Part shown: one piece after another, positions 37,446-51,340 of the stretch
Numbering within the stretch: the first letter of the stretch is position 1
How the letters are laid out: each line of letters begins with the position of its first letter
NCBI GenBank assembly: GCA_964106915.2
Contig: OZ066916.1
Origin: Podarcis gaigeae
Lineage: Eukaryota
Length of the DNA stretch: 64,000 nt
Direction: 5' to 3' (one strand)
The notes under the pieces: model-generated
What the model was told of the DNA's origin: nothing
The model's input: the letters and a program-made list of their open reading frames with translations, nothing else
The model's database searches: none
Translations under genes and position numbers: made by a program

Positions 37446-39367
37446 CTCATCCCTCCCTGTTACCCTCCCAGTACAGCGATGCTGGTGGCAGAAGGTCAGG
37501 TAAACACCACCGCCCTTCCATGCGGACTGCTACCAAGGCTGCATTTACAGGGCAGTTTATTCCATTTTCATGATGTTTTCCACATTATAGTAGAGCTTCC
37601 ACACAATGTAAAAGCCTTTTGCTCTTCTGTTTCCTTTCTATTCTCACACCAGAAGCTATATCTCTCTTCCCTGTACCTTCCTTAAATTCCCATCTAATAA
37701 TTCTGCATAACATAATCTCAGAATGTTGCCTTCTTTTTGCCTAGGGTGCAAAAAGAGAACAGGAATTTAAGCTACACCTCCTGTTTTAATTAAGCATACT
37801 GTTTTCTTTGACTGAACATGATAATTTCTTTGCTCAGGTGTGGTCCTTTACTCTAGATGTGCTACTATGGTACAGATGGATCCATGCTGGATTCATTTAT
37901 GAAGGACATTCATTTTGTGTGTTTTTTTCCTGATGCCTGAAAGGTGGCCACTGATTTCAGGAAGCTTCCCCATGCACAGTTATGCAGTACAAAAACAGTC
38001 ATGCAGTCCTGCAGTCTTCCAAAATAAAAATGTGTATATTTTAACACAAAGTGCTTTGCAGGAAGATTCACAAAACTGCCTTCCGGTGAGTAGTAGTTAA
38101 GAGGCAGCAAGCCCCCATTGCAGTCCACGGTAAAAGCAATTCACATACAAAAAGAAGCACAGTGCCATATGGAGATATAAAGAGAAAATCAGCTAAACTC
38201 TGAAAGCACTAAATATGCAAATTGGGATATTCTTTAGAGACGAGTGAATGGAATAACTAATTACCCAAATGGTGCCAACATCAGCCATACTGGCAAACTC
38301 TATAAAACCCCACAGGTTTCAGGAGAGCGTTGTGCTATTCTAGTGCTTGTATTTTAAGTGGCTCTGCAGTTTGAAAGAGGGATTTTGGATTTAGATAAGG
38401 ATTGGTGTTTTTTGTTGGCTGGTTAAACAATTTCCATAAACATGAACATTACCAAAATGTTACTGCCACCCCTGAATATTATTTAAAGATTGTTGAAGTC
38501 AAAGGAGAATAAGAATTTTCAGTCCTAAGCAGGTGGACAGAAAGGGGACAGCAGAATGTCAACAAGGTGTTAACATTTACAGGTGTGTGACACATAGGCC
38601 CTGGGACAGTGCAGAGGCCGTATAACATTAGATTTTGTTATGAAAGCAAAGCATTCTCAGTAGTCTTAATGGCATATTAATTTTATTTAACATCTCCTGC
38701 ATTACACACAGAGAAAGACACTTTTTCACAGAGCAACAGATCAGAGGTGTGACTCTAATTCAGGAGTGGGGAACTCGAGAGACATATTTCTTCTTGGGCA
38801 GCCTCCTGGATGGCAAAAGTGGGTGTGGCCAGACACACAGCGCTTTCCATCCTCCATCCAGGCAAGCAATGGGTATTATCACAGGACACATTCTAGCCAG
38901 GTAAAATCACTAGAGGAGGACACAGACCTAACAAGAAGGGTAGCAGAACAGGCCAGGTAGAGAGGATTGGCAAACCACATTCAACCTCTAGGTCTGGGAT
39001 TCCCCAACTCTTCTCTAAGCAAGAAAGCAGATTCTCAAGAGATTAACTGGTACTGCATATTCCAGTACATTACAAATCCCCTGATCCTCCCTATTCCCCA
39101 CCACCCTGCTCTGCATCCCATTGCAGGATTCAGCACACATTACAAATTCACTTGCAAACCCACAAATCTCCAGATTACACTACTATGAAATGGCAGTATT
39201 CTGATGTTACAAGTACAGGTGTTAGCATTCTTTACTAAGAAGATCAAAAGCTAGGGAGAGGGCTATCATCATCATCAACAACAACAATTTGGTCCAAAGA
39301 CCCACAAGGATAGGGCTATCTGCGGACAGTAACCATCTCCAGGAATTACATTTGCTACTTGTTTTGG

Positions 39368-39751
39368 ATGTATGGAAGTGAGAGCTGGACCATAAAGAAG
39401 GCTGGTGCTGGAGGAGACTCTCGAGAGTCCCATGGACTGCAAGAAGATCAAACCTATCCATTCTTAAGGAAATCAGCCCTGAGTGCTCACTGGAAGGACA
39501 GATCGCGAAGCTGAGGCTCCAGTACTTTGGCCACTTCATGAGAAGAGAAGACTCCGTGGAAAAGACCCTGATGTTGGGAAAGATTGAGGGCAGAAGGAGA
39601 AGGGGACAACAGAGGACGAGATGGTTGGGCAGTGTTCTTGAAGCTACCAGCATGAGTTTGACCAAACTGCAAGAGGCAGTGGAAGACAGGAGTTCCTGGC
39701 GTGCTCTGATCCATGGGGTCACAAAGAGTCAGACACGACTAAACAACAACA
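39368..39751 (+). mobile_element. RTE/Bov-B LINE, 5'-truncated
   Basis: YFGHFMRREDSVEKTLMLGKIEGRRRRG...; 3' end GGGGTCACAAAGAGTCAGACACGACT plus (AAC)n; 11-bp TSD ACTTGTTTTGG at 39357-39367 and 39752-39762. Confidence 0.95.
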
Positions 39752-41180
39752 ACTTGTTTTGGGAAAGATTTAATTTCCAGGCCTTTGCCTAGGTTTTTTG
39801 GTTTATGGAAATGAAAAAAGTTGAAGATACAGAACACCCACTGGAAAAAAGTTATCTGGTCTTGATGTTCTTTTTTATTGAAATTGATATGTTTCCCAAG
39901 CAGGAAGCTCCAGATTCACCTCCAAGCATTTTGATGTGTCACAATATGTGGAAATGTTATTATTATAGCTGTGGGCAGGGGTGGGGTGGGTGTGATACCT
40001 TAATATTTGGTGGAACTGACTGCCATTCTTCATGCATTTACATCTTAATGATTTCAAAGAGTAATGGTAATGGGGTGATGGATTCCAATGGATAATGGAT
40101 TTCATGAATCCATAGCACTTAATTTTTAAAAAGGTCTTTGGTCAATATTTATTTTTACTTTGGGACAGCAGTGTCAGAGTCTAAATGGAATCTCCATATT
40201 TATAGCACAGCCCTATGCATGTTTACCCAGAAGCAATTCCCACTGAGCTGAGTGAGACTTAGTACCTAGGAAGTTAGGCAGGCTGATACAATAGGTATTA
40301 GAACACTGCAATATTTAAAAGAAATTACAATAAATAACTTTTAAGCAGTAGACAAAGCCTGCATGTGGCCATAACTTTATCTATTTCTATGTCTACTTCT
40401 TTCTAACATCATTTATTTCCTAAACATTATAACTAGTGAGCCACACACCAAGTGATGGGAATATGTAGGAAAATATGGCTGTATGATGGAGCTTGTGGAT
40501 GACTGTCAACCCCACAACCTCTCTTCCCATCTGCTTTTGGCCCACTTTTATTTCCCTTGTTCCTCTCCTCTTCCACACTTGCTCTCCATTCTCTGCCTCA
40601 TCTTGCCTTTTCCCACCTCCACTTCTATTTCAGCTGTGGCCTTTCCGTCTGAAGTCAGCCACCAATGTATATTCAAATATAAGCATAGAGATGAACTGTA
40701 GCTGGGTTAGAGGTAGCCCATCAAAATTTGGCTTTGCCTCCTCGCCCATTTTCTTGGCCTCTACATCCTGCAGCTTGTCACTTCCCGCCCCCCTTTTACT
40801 GCCTTTTACTGCCCTTGCCACCTGATAGGCCAAATTAAATATCTTATAGCCATTTTGAAATTTACAGAATAGGCCAATTTAGCAATTGCTGTTTAGAATG
40901 CTTGGTCATGCAAAAATGGATATACTGGTTGATGATGTCACAACTGCCCTTTAACTCGGCTCCTAACAGTTTTAACAGTTCTCTCAAAGGCAAAATCTCA
41001 CATGTTATCCAGATATGTTATATCCACTCTACCATTGTTATCTTTCTGAAGGCAGCTCTCTTGCCCATGGCAGTGAAGCATTTCAGCAGGGATAAGGCTG
41101 GAAAATAGATCCTCTCATTTTTGAACATCTGAAATCTTATAGTAGAAGATGAAACTAAACTAGCTTTGAAATTTGCTTAC

Positions 41181-41210
41181 CTTTCTTTTTGACCGGTGGT
41201 TGGATTCCTT
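41181..41210 (-). CDS. TRDN: Triadin second 30-nt microexon (EGIQPPVKKK)
   Basis: Long pyrimidine tract tctctctctttttag|AAGGAATC...AAGAAAG|gtaagc; ACTAAC branch-point-like motif at 41244-41249; phase 1-1. Confidence 0.88.
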
Positions 41211-41672
41211 CTAAAAAGAGAGAGAGAAAAAACATAAAGTAAGGTTAGTTTGGAGTTTAGGTATATTTCAATAAACTGTTCTTCTGCGTTCCAGTCATAA
41301 GCTGTTCATGTAAAAGTAAGTTATATTGGATCCACTTCTGTATGGATAGAGAATGAGGTTATGCATTAGTGGCTACCTTTTGTATCTGAGACACTATGCT
41401 GAGAAACACAAGCAGGAGATGGCTATTGCTCTCATGTTCTCCACAGGCATTTGGTTGGCTACTGTGAGATCAGGATGCTAGACAGGATGAGCCTTTGGTT
41501 TCACCTAGAGCGGATCTTCTTATGTAGAGTCAGGGTACTAATTGCCAATGCTTTCTCTTTTACCATTAAGCACTGCTTTAGTATTAGTATCTCTGAGATA
41601 GTGAGATAGGAACTGATACCTGGGCACAGAAAAATATACAATAATGTATTAGGAGTTGGCCAGACAATAGAA

Positions 41673-41813
41673 CAGGGATGGGAAACCTGTGTCCCTCCAG
41701 CTGTTGTTGAACTCCAACTCCCATCAGCCCCTGCCAGCATGGGCAGTGGTCAAGGATGGGAATTGTAGTCCAGCAACACTTGGGGGCAGGGCACAGGTTC
41801 ACCACTGCCCCTG
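41673..41813. mobile_element. Short hAT-like MITE common in squamates
   Basis: CAGGGATGGGAAACCTGTG...AACTCCCATC...GATGGGAATTGTAGT...CACAGGTT. Partial copies near 42840-42932, 48875-48960 and 52090-52195. Confidence 0.65.
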
Positions 41814-42565
41814 CTGTAAATGAAGGCCCTATCCACCTATCTCAGCTCTGCATGGGTCTGGGGGGGGGGGAATGCAGAAATCAGAATGGCTCCCCTTGCG
41901 ATCACAGCTCTCGTGTCTGAAGTTTTCATGATGGCAGGAGCTGAGCCACCCTAGCTCTGCTACACTCTCACGTGTCACTTGAACTTGAATTCTCATTGTT
42001 GGCTGATTCTTCCTACCTCATTCTCACTTCCTCTTAGCTCAACAGATTCAATATATTACATTACTCCTCTTCTGTGCCTTAAATAGTTGTGTAGGAGGGA
42101 GATCTTCAGGAAGCGGATATTTTCCTGTCATAGTACTTCAGGAGAAGTGACACTTGTTATGTTATATGATGTGTTATAGGGTTAGATCCAGACATCCATT
42201 CACAGAAGAAGGACTGAGATCCAGCAGAGGCTCCTGCTGTTCTTGAGGGTCTCCCAACCCCCCACAAGAGTTTTGTTTGTTTGTTTTGAGGATCCAGTGG
42301 GCTGCAGGGGAAAGAGGGGAATTAGTGAATATTCCTCCCTCCTTTTCTTCCAGTAGAGCATGGGTAGAGTTCTGGATCAAGCCCACGGTTTATTTCTTTG
42401 CTGACATTCAGCTAAAAAGAATGTGGTATGTATATTCAAAATTCAAATATACAGCAAGCTATACTTGATACTACTTATTTTCCTTCTGTATAACAACAAG
42501 AGGAGCAGAAGGCGTGTCCTCTGTTGATTCTGGCAACCATGTTTCCTTTCCATCCCTGCTCAGTA

Positions 42566-42790
42566 CAGTGGTACCTTGGGTTACATACGCTTCAGGTTAC
42601 AAACTCTGCTAACCCAGAAATAGTACCTCGGGTTAAGAACTTTGCTTCAGGATGAGAACAGAAATTGTGCTCCAGCGGCGTGGTGGCAGCAGGAGGCCCC
42701 ATTAGCTAAAGTGGTGCTTCAGGTTAAGAACAGTTTCAGGTTAAGAACGGACCTACAGGTGAATTAAGTTCTTAACCCGAGGTACCACTG
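42566..42790 (-). mobile_element. Tigger-like MITE, same family as 13114-13355, opposite orientation
   Basis: TIR CAGTGGTACCTTGGGTTA / TAACCCGAGGTACCACTG; TA TSD. Confidence 0.92.
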
Positions 42791-43822
42791 TATATTGTAT
42801 TGTGTTCTTCAATCTTGGATCCCCCTGTCTTTTACTGCAACTCACGTAATCCCCAGCCAGTTTAGCCAGTGGTCAGGGGTGGTAGGAGCTCCAGTCCAAC
42901 TACATCTAGGAACCCAAGGTTGAAGAACACTGGTATATTGCGTTGTCTCAAGGCCAGGTATAAGCTTTGAATGATAGCACAGGTACATTTTTGTGCTAAT
43001 TTCTATACCATTTAAATTGTCCCTCTTCAGCACTCATTAAGGTGTCCTGTAATATCAGGGACCAAGGCTTTTGGTGCCAATAGGAGGCTGTTCAATCTGA
43101 TTGAAAACGGATCAGGAACCTTTAAGGGCAGACTTTGCCAAATCAAAATGTGGGTTTGTTTTCATTTCATCTAGTCTCCCCTCTGTTCTGTTAAGATAAC
43201 AAGTCCTGACTACTTGAGCAATGAGTTCCCAAGTATTTCTGCCATGCTCTTTTGCTTGTCAGCCTGTGTATTTGTTCAAGGGACTTAGGGAAACAATCTC
43301 TCATTTTTTCCTGCTTCTTTGGGGCTTATTGCCTATAACAGCTGGAAAATAGGCAGAATCCAATATGCTTTTTCCTAATACACTGAAGGGGGTGGAGGGA
43401 ATCTGCTCTTGAATTAATAAATGCCAGGCTGCTAAAGATATGGGAACTCTGCCAGAAAAAACAAACAAACAGAGCAGTCTAATTCAGGTGTTGTTATTGC
43501 AGGTTAGCATTGCATAGGATGCTCTGAAAATGAACTCTAGTTGCAAACCCTTTGGAGCTTAGTAGCTTGTGCGCATGTATTGTCTCCATTAAGCAGTATC
43601 CCTTTGACACTCACATTCAGCAGTCCAGCTTGATACTCCGTGTGTACAGCACAGGAACAAACTATCCAGCATGCCATGCAAATGATTTTAATCTACAGAG
43701 AGGATGCTCAATTAGTAGAAAGATGTATGTAATTAGCAATAAGCACTGGCAGCATACAGCTGCCTAATACCCATCTAATCAAACAAAGCATGTGACCTTT
43801 TATAAAGATGAGCAAAACCAAC

Positions 43823-43852
43823 CTTTTATTTTCAAGGAAGGCGCCACTTCAC
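43823..43852 (-). CDS. TRDN: Triadin 30-nt microexon (GEVAPSLKIK), exon 4-like
   Basis: ttttctctcttggtttag|GTGAAG...ATAAAAG|gttggt; phase 1-1; resembles human exon 4 GEIDEPPLRKK. Confidence 0.8.
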
Positions 43853-44992
43853 CTAAACCAAGAGAGAAAAGAATAACCAGATGAATAGCAGCATAATCAT
43901 ATATTAGCAATATATATATATAAAACTCCATCTGGGTTATCTTCATATTTAAATGCACTCAAGCATTATAAGTTGGACAATGAAAATAGAAAGACTGAGA
44001 GATTTTTATTCTGATGCTTCTATTTTCATATGTAGATCAGGGAGTTTGTAGCTTTTTTTGGCTCATGCTTAATGGGAGTTTGAACATTATACCCATGTGG
44101 GTCAAGATACATGTGGGTCACATACACTGGAACTGCCTCCCACAATTTCCTATTCCAGTTGCACTCTTTGTGCTCCCCCAAAGATACCACTCCCCGAACT
44201 CAGGTGGGGTGAAGGGACTGCAAAATTCCCTACATTTTTGGATCCCAAAGAGAACTTTGATGCCTTGATAACTTGAAATGTGAAACTGCAAGAACTAGTC
44301 ATCGTGTATTGAGTCATCACATATTTCCTCCTAAATTTAGAATTACCGAAATCCAAACAGACCATCCTTTTTAGAATGTAGAACAAAACCAAAAATAAAA
44401 TAAAAATGTATTCCATGCTAACTCTTAAAAGGTATAGGATCTCTTTCAGATTCAGGGCTTGATAAAGTTAATCTCCCAATCCAGATTTTCTAGGCAGACT
44501 GGTTCATAATGTGAAGTTCTTAAAGTCATAAAAGTAGCCCTGAAGTTATTGTTCTGAGCTGTCTTGGTTTTGATAAATTATGACAGGCTTTCTATAATGT
44601 TCACGTTTCCCTTTGCAAGTATGTTAGCATTATTGCATTACCTTTGTGTTTATTTCATGATTTATACATAGTATGCTTTTCCCCAGAAGCAGTTTCTGAG
44701 ATTAGAGCAGAGCCCCAAAAGCCTATTGTTGATGCATTCAAAACTAAAAAATTAAAAATTCTATTTCAAGTTTGCCAAGGATTATACTGAGGAACTGCAG
44801 AAGTACACCACAGAATAGGGTCTAGTGTCAGCAAGACCTGCTAGTTAGTATTCACATGTAATTCTTATTTAAGAGCTTTGTGGTGGGAAAAACTGGGTAC
44901 TATTTCAAACTGATTAATCTTATTTGGAGGAACCCATTTTTTAATTCCGGCTGGGTCTTTTGAAGAGTGCTTTCTGAAGCTACAAAACAATA

Positions 44993-45210
44993 CAGTCATA
45001 CATCAAGTTGAATGTGCTTCGGGTTGAGCACGTTCGAGTTGCGCTCCACGGCAACCTGGAAGTAACAGAGCACATTACTTTAGTGGTTTCACCACTCACA
45101 CATGCACAAATGCTCAAAATGATGTTATGCACATGCGTAGAAGTGGTGAAAAGCGACCCGCGCAATTGCATCTTACATTCGGATCCCGTTTGCGTCCCGA
45201 GGTATGACAG
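44993..45210. mobile_element. Second Tc1/mariner-type MITE family
   Basis: TA|CAGTCATAC...GTATGACAG|TA; imperfect TIR with TA TSD. Confidence 0.75.
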
Positions 45211-45218
45211 TAATGACC

Positions 45219-45355
45219 AGAATCACAGAATTGTAGAGTTGGAAGGACCCATGAGGGTCATCTAGTCCAACCCCCTGCAATGCAGGAATCTTTTGCCCAA
45301 TGTGGAGCTCAAACTCATTACCCTGAGATTAAGAATCTTATGTTCTACTGACTGA
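45219..45355 (-). mobile_element. tRNA-Lys-derived SINE with CR1-type tail
   Basis: Minus strand TCAGTCAGTAGAACATAAGATTCTTAATCTCAGGGT...TTGGGC (tRNA-Lys CTT-like), then TTCCTGCATTGCAGGGGGTTGGACTAGATGACC...ATTCTGTGATTCT. Confidence 0.8.
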
Positions 45356-46254
45356 ATAATAGGCATTACATACGTCACCTGTGACCCAAGTACCTATCCA
45401 CTACAAAACTGATTATCGTTTGATGTTCCATTAACAGAGTCTCACAGTAGACTGCAGTCAGGGGTAATGCATTTTAATTACAATCCTAAAGCAACAGAAA
45501 CACATGCCTACAGAGGCCTTTGATTATTTTGCCCAAGTTGCTGGCTATGCTTACCTGCATTGCAGGAGTTTTTGAAGTGAAATTAACAAAAGGTTTTAAA
45601 AAGTGCTAGTTATGTGCTAAGGAGTTCCATTAGAGTTGCACAGGAAACAACAGATATCAGCTTTTTACTTCTTCTGTTTAAGTAGCCCCTGTCACATTGC
45701 AACAAAATAATCAAAAGCCTCTTTGGGCTTTCAGAGTTAGTTGTGCAGTTTCCCTGGATTCCAGCCAGTGTTTTTATTGCCTAGACCACAGGTAGCACAT
45801 TAGAACTCAACCGCTATTGTCAGTTCCAGCCACAATGCCAACTACTACTCAATATCAAATACGAGGTTGGCCTTTGAATTCTAATGTATCCAGTGCCCAT
45901 TCATTGCTCAAAGGGTACACAAAATTAAGTAGAGAGCCTTGGGAATAGTTGCTACTGTTCCTTGAAGTTAATTCTTTGGCTCTATGCTTGCATTGTACTT
46001 TTCCAGTTTTTGTATAATCTAGCACAACTAGAGTTTTAAGTAAAAATAACGGCAACATTGTAATTCTGGCCTCCTTTCCATAATTGGAGTATTAAATACC
46101 ATACAAGAGCTGTTCAAATGAGAGGTCAGCTGTGAGGCTATAGTGGTCACTTGATGAATTCTTGCCTCTTAGCTATCTATTTTGCTTGACCCTACTGGAC
46201 GGCAGGATAAGAATGCAGCTGTACAAAACCAATCACTTGAAAGCATCAGAATAC

Positions 46255-46392
46255 CTCTTTCGCTCTCATCTTCATCTTCAAATATGAGGTCAGTCAATAA
46301 TGAAAGAAAGCCATACACCCAGTCTGTTGTATCTTCCACTGCACCATGTACAAGTCTCAGTGGATCAGTGGTGAGCTTGTTTACAGATTGCC
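46255..46392 (-). CDS. TRDN: Triadin coding exon (exon 3 equivalent), 138 nt
   Basis: gcattcag|GG CAA...AGA G|gtatt. Translates GQSVNKLTTDPLRLVHGAVEDTTDWVYGFLSLLTDLIFEDEDESER versus human SDPLKLVRDAMEETTDWIYGFFSLLSDII. Confidence 0.96.
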
Positions 46393-48417
46393 CTGAATGC
46401 AAAATATAAAGAAGAGAAGTTTGGGAAATAAAACACATTAATTTGACTGACTGATTGATAGCCTTTCGATTAAAAAAAGTTGAATTCTCTAAAAAGTTGA
46501 CTTTGATGAAGCAATCCTAAATGTGTGGGTGCCTTTTCTTTTGTAGACAACAGATGTGATCCACAAAAATGTGAGCATATTTAAGGCACCAATAATTTGC
46601 CCCTGGCCAGATATGCTAAATACACAGGCAGATTGTTGCCTACCTGATACCACAGACCCTGTTTTGGATCAGGAAGAGTATCTTTAAAAAGTGGAGTGCC
46701 CTAACAAATAATCTAGTTACCATATGACGACTTTACTGCCTCAGCTCAGTTCCTATAACCTCAGGGTAGCTAAGATCAGAAGTTACGTTAGTATAAAGCC
46801 AATTGGCTTGTTGCTGAATTAGTGATTCTGCCATCGCAGGTCAACTTCTAACAGATATTCTTCTTCAGTCCTCCAAGAAACAAACTTTCTTGCTTCCCAT
46901 TCCACAGATGGATACAACCCGAACCAATTTGCTGTTTATTAAAATGCCACATGGATTCTATTTGCACTTCTTCAGAGAACCAAAGCTTTGGCCTAGAGGC
47001 AGCCTGTCTATGTATCTAGCATAGACTGGAATAAACCATTGTTATGCTTCCATTATTTGTACAATACTGTATAAAACATATGGAATGAAAAATAAAGTAT
47101 AATGAAAAAGAAAATCTGATTAAGAGAATTGTAAGTCAGCTGTGATACAACTGTGCAAAGGGAGGAGCCTGTGGAAGGCAGAACTGTGGTAAACAAAAGG
47201 GGAATAGCGCTAGGAATGATGTGTGAGATATACGTATGTACATGCATACATACATGCATATATAATCCTGGGTGTTCAGGTTCGTAGGTCATCAATAAAA
47301 CAATAAATCACCCAAGGCCAGTGAAGTTAACTCTTTATTCAAGGGAACAAATCACAGCTCAGGCCTAATAGTCTCAGCAACTCTTGCCAGGAGGTCTTGC
47401 CCCAATGAAGCAGTTGCGAGGACTGAAGGTCCACACCTTTCCTCCGCTCTCTAAGGCTCCTCCCCTGGTTCCTTCCCCAGCAGCCTTAGGCTTTGCCTTC
47501 TTGCCTCTTGTTCCTCTGCCCTCTTCGTTTCTCTGTGTGTGCTGCGATACCAGAAGGCAGGAGAGCTGGGTGCAGCAGGATGAAAAGACTTTCTGTTTCC
47601 TTCAAAAACAGCTCAGAATTTCTAGTTGGATCAAAATAGGGCTACTGGAGCTGGCTGATGAAAAACATTCAACTAGTACTTTTCCACCTACACCAGACTC
47701 ATTTCCAGACTCATTTCAAAGTGTTCATGTTGCTCTTTAAACTCCTAAACAGCTTTGTCCAAAGTACCTCAAATACTGTCACCTTCCTGGACTCTTAGGT
47801 CATCTGCAGAGGTCCCTCTCAGGCTGTCCTCACCATTTAAAGCCCAGTTTGGTGGCAGTGGCACCTTGTTTCTAGAATGCCTTCCCTAGATAGGTTCCCC
47901 TTGCACCTACTTTATGATCCTCCACAGAACAGGTCTTGCTGCTGCTGTTTTTACGCGTTTTAGTTTTGTGTTGTTTTATTCTTGCTTTAATAGTTATGGT
48001 TTAATTGTTCTTCTTGTTCACCACCCAAAGAATGTTAGGTATTGGGCAGTATGGAAATATTGTTATTAAATAGTCTTAATACTAGTAGAAATAAGTAATA
48101 AATTAAAGATACAAGAGTCTGGTCTTATTTCCAGCAGAGGAGCAATATTAAACTCTGTGATTATGCACATTCCGTTATCATTTTCTTTTTCACAATTGTG
48201 ATATCTGAGTATTCAGAAAACCACATACAAATCTGTTTTCTTGTTAATTGTATACCTAATGTTCACAACAAATACTAGTACCACCACTTCACCACCTTAA
48301 GCTCCTTACGAATTAAAATATATACCACATAATTTGTGAGTTTTTTGAAGAAGACCATAAAAGGTTCTCAGAAAGAGGTAGAAAATGAAGGTTAAAATAA
48401 AATGCTGAAAGAAGAAG

Positions 48418-48477
<60 letters not shown>

Positions 48478-48482
48478 GATAG
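48418..48482. repeat. (AGAT)n microsatellite
   Basis: Direct read. Confidence 0.95.
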
Positions 48483-51340
48483 AAAGAAAGAAATAATGAC
48501 ATACAAGTACTCTAATAAAATATGGCATAATGAATTTAATAATGTTTTAAGAACAGTGTTTGATATGGGTGCACAGTAATAAATTGGCTTCTTGCTGCCC
48601 AACAAATGGCTGATGGAATGGGAGGCGAGCCAGTCCCAACCCCTTCTAAGATAGGTATCTGATGTTGCAAACCTGACACACTAATTCCAAATCCAGTGTC
48701 AGGCTTCATTTGCAAATGATCTCAATAGCTATGATTCAACTCCAGAAACCATGTGCATAGCACACCTTTGTGTATATCGTACTTCATCCAACAAGAAAAC
48801 ACACACACAAAACCCTGCCCAGTTCTACACACACATCACCTTTGACAGAATACAGAGATTGTCAACACACTGTGTCAGGTGTGGGGAACCTTTGCCCCCC
48901 CCCCGTGCTGTTGCTGAACTACAACTCCCATCAGCCCCAGCAAGCATGACCAGTGGCCCTATGTAGTTTTCAAAGGCATTAAAATGACTTTTCTTTTTTA
49001 AAAGAAGAAGAAGATGGCATTTTCGTGCAAATAAACCCTATCTATTAATCATATTTATACCACCCTTTACCCCAAGGAACTGAGAGCAGCTTACGGTACT
49101 TGTGATTCCCAGGTGTCTTCGGTTCAGCATTTGAGCTGTATTTTTTCAACCATTCTCAGAGCTCAGTTACAGTGTACTTAAGCCGAAGTATTTAATGTGA
49201 TTTAATGCCAATTCGCAAATGTACACATAACATTTGTTTTCTCTCCACGACGACTTCCCACTGAGTGTGCAAATTGACTCCATTTACAAGCATTGTGTTT
49301 GAAGTGCTATGAAAGTTTGCTTTGTGCTGCTTGACTTGCTATGGTTCATTCATGCATGCAAGCCCCTACTTAATTTTACAGTTATCAAATATAAATAAAT
49401 GGATGTGTGACCCAGTCCTAATAGCTCCATTCTCTTCAATCCGACTACATTGGCTTAATATTTAAGTCTTAAATCTCCCTCCCGGTCTTCCTTAACTGCT
49501 TTGTGGATCGGCACTTGTGTCGGTTTTACTCCTTTTACCTCAGAGCATTTAGTTCCCAACAATGTATACTGAAGGTTTATTATGGAGTGTCTATATATGT
49601 CCTGTAATTTGGAAAAACAAAAACCCTTTGCAGCAGTTGTGCAACTCAATACGATCAAAGAGCATGACAGATATGTTTGAAACGTGGAAAAAAAAATAAA
49701 ATGGGTTCCTTGCCTCTAGGGATCTCAGCTTTCCCCACATCTTTGTCAATATCAAGTTGATGTATTCCTATGAGAACAAAATACACATGAAGTAAGAGTA
49801 AGAAGAGGAAAAGTTAAACCTGCCTTCCCAAGCCCCTCCCCTGTTGGCTTCCCACTACCCAGTCCTTCTACTGCCTTCCCAACCCCCCCAGGATTACTGA
49901 GCAGTGGGGATGAGGGGCTCACTTGTTATTATTCTTATGGGCATCCAGGGACACTGCAAAGCAAAGTGTCTGCCTGGAGCCATCTACCATCTTTATATCC
50001 CAAGGATACCTATGGGGCCCAAAGGCATTCTGGGAAATGAATATGATAGGGGATAGGGACCAGTGCTTCGCTTTGAAATGATCCCAGCTGCCCAGAGGGA
50101 GGAAAAAAACCTAAAACTCAAAAGGAGTTTTGCTGGGCAGCAAGGGTGGTATCTGTAGGCGCTGTGGCAGCAACAGCTGCTGCACTGGGAATCCCAGGGT
50201 AAGGCTACATACATTTTATATATGCCATTTTATCTATCCCCTAAATTTTCCTGGTGAGTGCTACCCTTCCAATCTACAGAATATTCCAGGTCAATTTTGA
50301 AGATACACTGAAGAAATGGGGAATTGAGAAACAGGGCCTGTTACACGTAGGAAAGCAGGGTCATATGTCACTTGGTAATTGGAGTTGTTACATGTTATAA
50401 GTGAAGACCAATGGAAACATCTTCCACAATATTTGCACATTTCACCAGAAGACCAACCTCTGGATTTGGGCCAGGGCAATGCTTCCAACAAAGTCCTTAA
50501 CAGCTTGGGACCACTTGACTTCCAAGGTTGCCTTGTGCACTATGTGTCTACTTGACAGCTTCAGTCTGTGGAACTGGCACTACTACAGGTGCCCCATGAT
50601 ACTCTGTGCACAGTTGTAAGAAATTATTATTTTAGTGTGGCAGCAGCTACACTTTGGATCTCTGTGCCTACTGACATTAGGCAAACACTTTTGCTGTACT
50701 CTTTCTAGTACATGCTTAAAACATTTTTGTTGAGGCAAGTCTATCCAGACACATAGATGTTGATGCATTTTAATCTCTTTTACTGTTAATTTTAAAAGCT
50801 TAAAATTTTTAAAAATTGATCTAAATGATTAATGTCAATTTAAAGTGTTTTAATTGACCATTTTACAGTTCTTGTAAAACGCTTAGAGGTTTTGTTACAA
50901 TTAAGCTGCATATAAACTTTGTTATATACAATAAAATAAAATATGATAAAATAAGATAAGATGAAAGGTTATATAGCTGGATCTGCAAATGCAGGTCTAT
51001 GCAGGGCTTTGTGGATAAAAGTTTATTTGCCTGATTCTCAAGGCTGGCTAGTTCTGCATTCCACATGAGATCCAGCCACCTTGGAAAATAGGCAAAGAAC
51101 CAAGGAAGAGAATCATTCCACCTGAAGTTCCAGCACCTGAAAGATTCTTAATTGTCAAAATAGCTGGATGGTCCAGCATATAAGCAAGTTTTATCTGTCC
51201 CTTTGCCACCTCCAATTATCGATACTAGATTAGGGCTGAAACAAATGCAAATAGACAAATTCACTTTCAAAATGCATTTGAGAGTCACACCACAAAGTTC
51301 ACAATGCCTGCAGAATCAACAAAGAGTGGCTTTAAAAACA

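Noticed and set aside
45290-45355. tRNA genes here, at 51370-51439 and at 56528-56605
   Set aside because: Degenerate cloverleafs fused to SINE bodies.
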